Shown here in pieces: positions 63,801-64,000 of a stretch of DNA of 64,000 bases. Position 1 is the stretch's first letter. The number at the start of each line of letters is the position of its first letter. The DNA lies in the IMG/VR virus record IMGVR_UViG_3300037424_000906, positions 1 through 64,000 of that record. One strand, given 5' to 3'. The notes beneath the pieces were generated by a model that did not search any database, was not told the origin of the DNA, and was given only the letters and a program-made list of their open reading frames with translations. The position numbers were made by a program, and so were the translations under genes. The stretch is from a virus.

Positions 63801-64000
63801 TGGCACTCAACACGCAGGCAACCATCGACGCGCTCATGTCGCACGCCCAGGCGTTGGGTCTGTTCGAGCAGTTCGTCGGCCACGAACCGATCTCCGCCCT
63901 CGGCAACGGACTGACTGGTGGGACGTGGGTCAGTGAGATCCAGCCGTACGCCAAGGCGTCCGGTCTGGCAAGAACGGCCGCGGTCTCGGTCTACGCCGTG
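63800..64000 (+). CDS. Probable tail terminator, partial
   Basis: Position; runs off the window. Confidence 0.45.
   Translation, partial: MALNTQATIDALMSHAQALGLFEQFVGHEPISALGNGLTGGTWVSEIQPYAKASGLARTAAVSVYAV

Overview
High-GC actinobacterial tailed phage (or prophage) segment. No host genes or integrase are visible. 1-42 kb is a rightward early/replication/accessory region: YqaJ exonuclease plus RecT, a TnpB-only IS200/IS605 element, VRR-NUC, a cluster of Xis/MerR-like HTH genes, a truncated PglX-like methyltransferase, two RNA ligases, ParB-like proteins, EndoVII/GIY-YIG/HNH nucleases, a replication initiator with iterons, a helicase loader, a TerS-like gene and a cluster of tRNA-like RNAs. 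42.4-50.3 kb is a leftward block that ends in TerL. 50.5-64 kb is a rightward head module: portal-MuF fusion, 2H-phosphoesterase-ClpP fusion, HK97 capsid, beta-helix and Gly-rich proteins, and head-tail genes. The most striking signal is at the left edge. A solo Cas7/RAMP-like gene (240-908) lies directly downstream of a non-coding array of phased 5-nt units (mostly CCC-NN, third base C in all 40 units), punctuated by CGAC-NN motifs. This is a candidate compact RNA-guided system with non-contiguous guides and no CRISPR array; the array is cut by the window edge. All product calls come from motifs recognised by eye; no searches were run.
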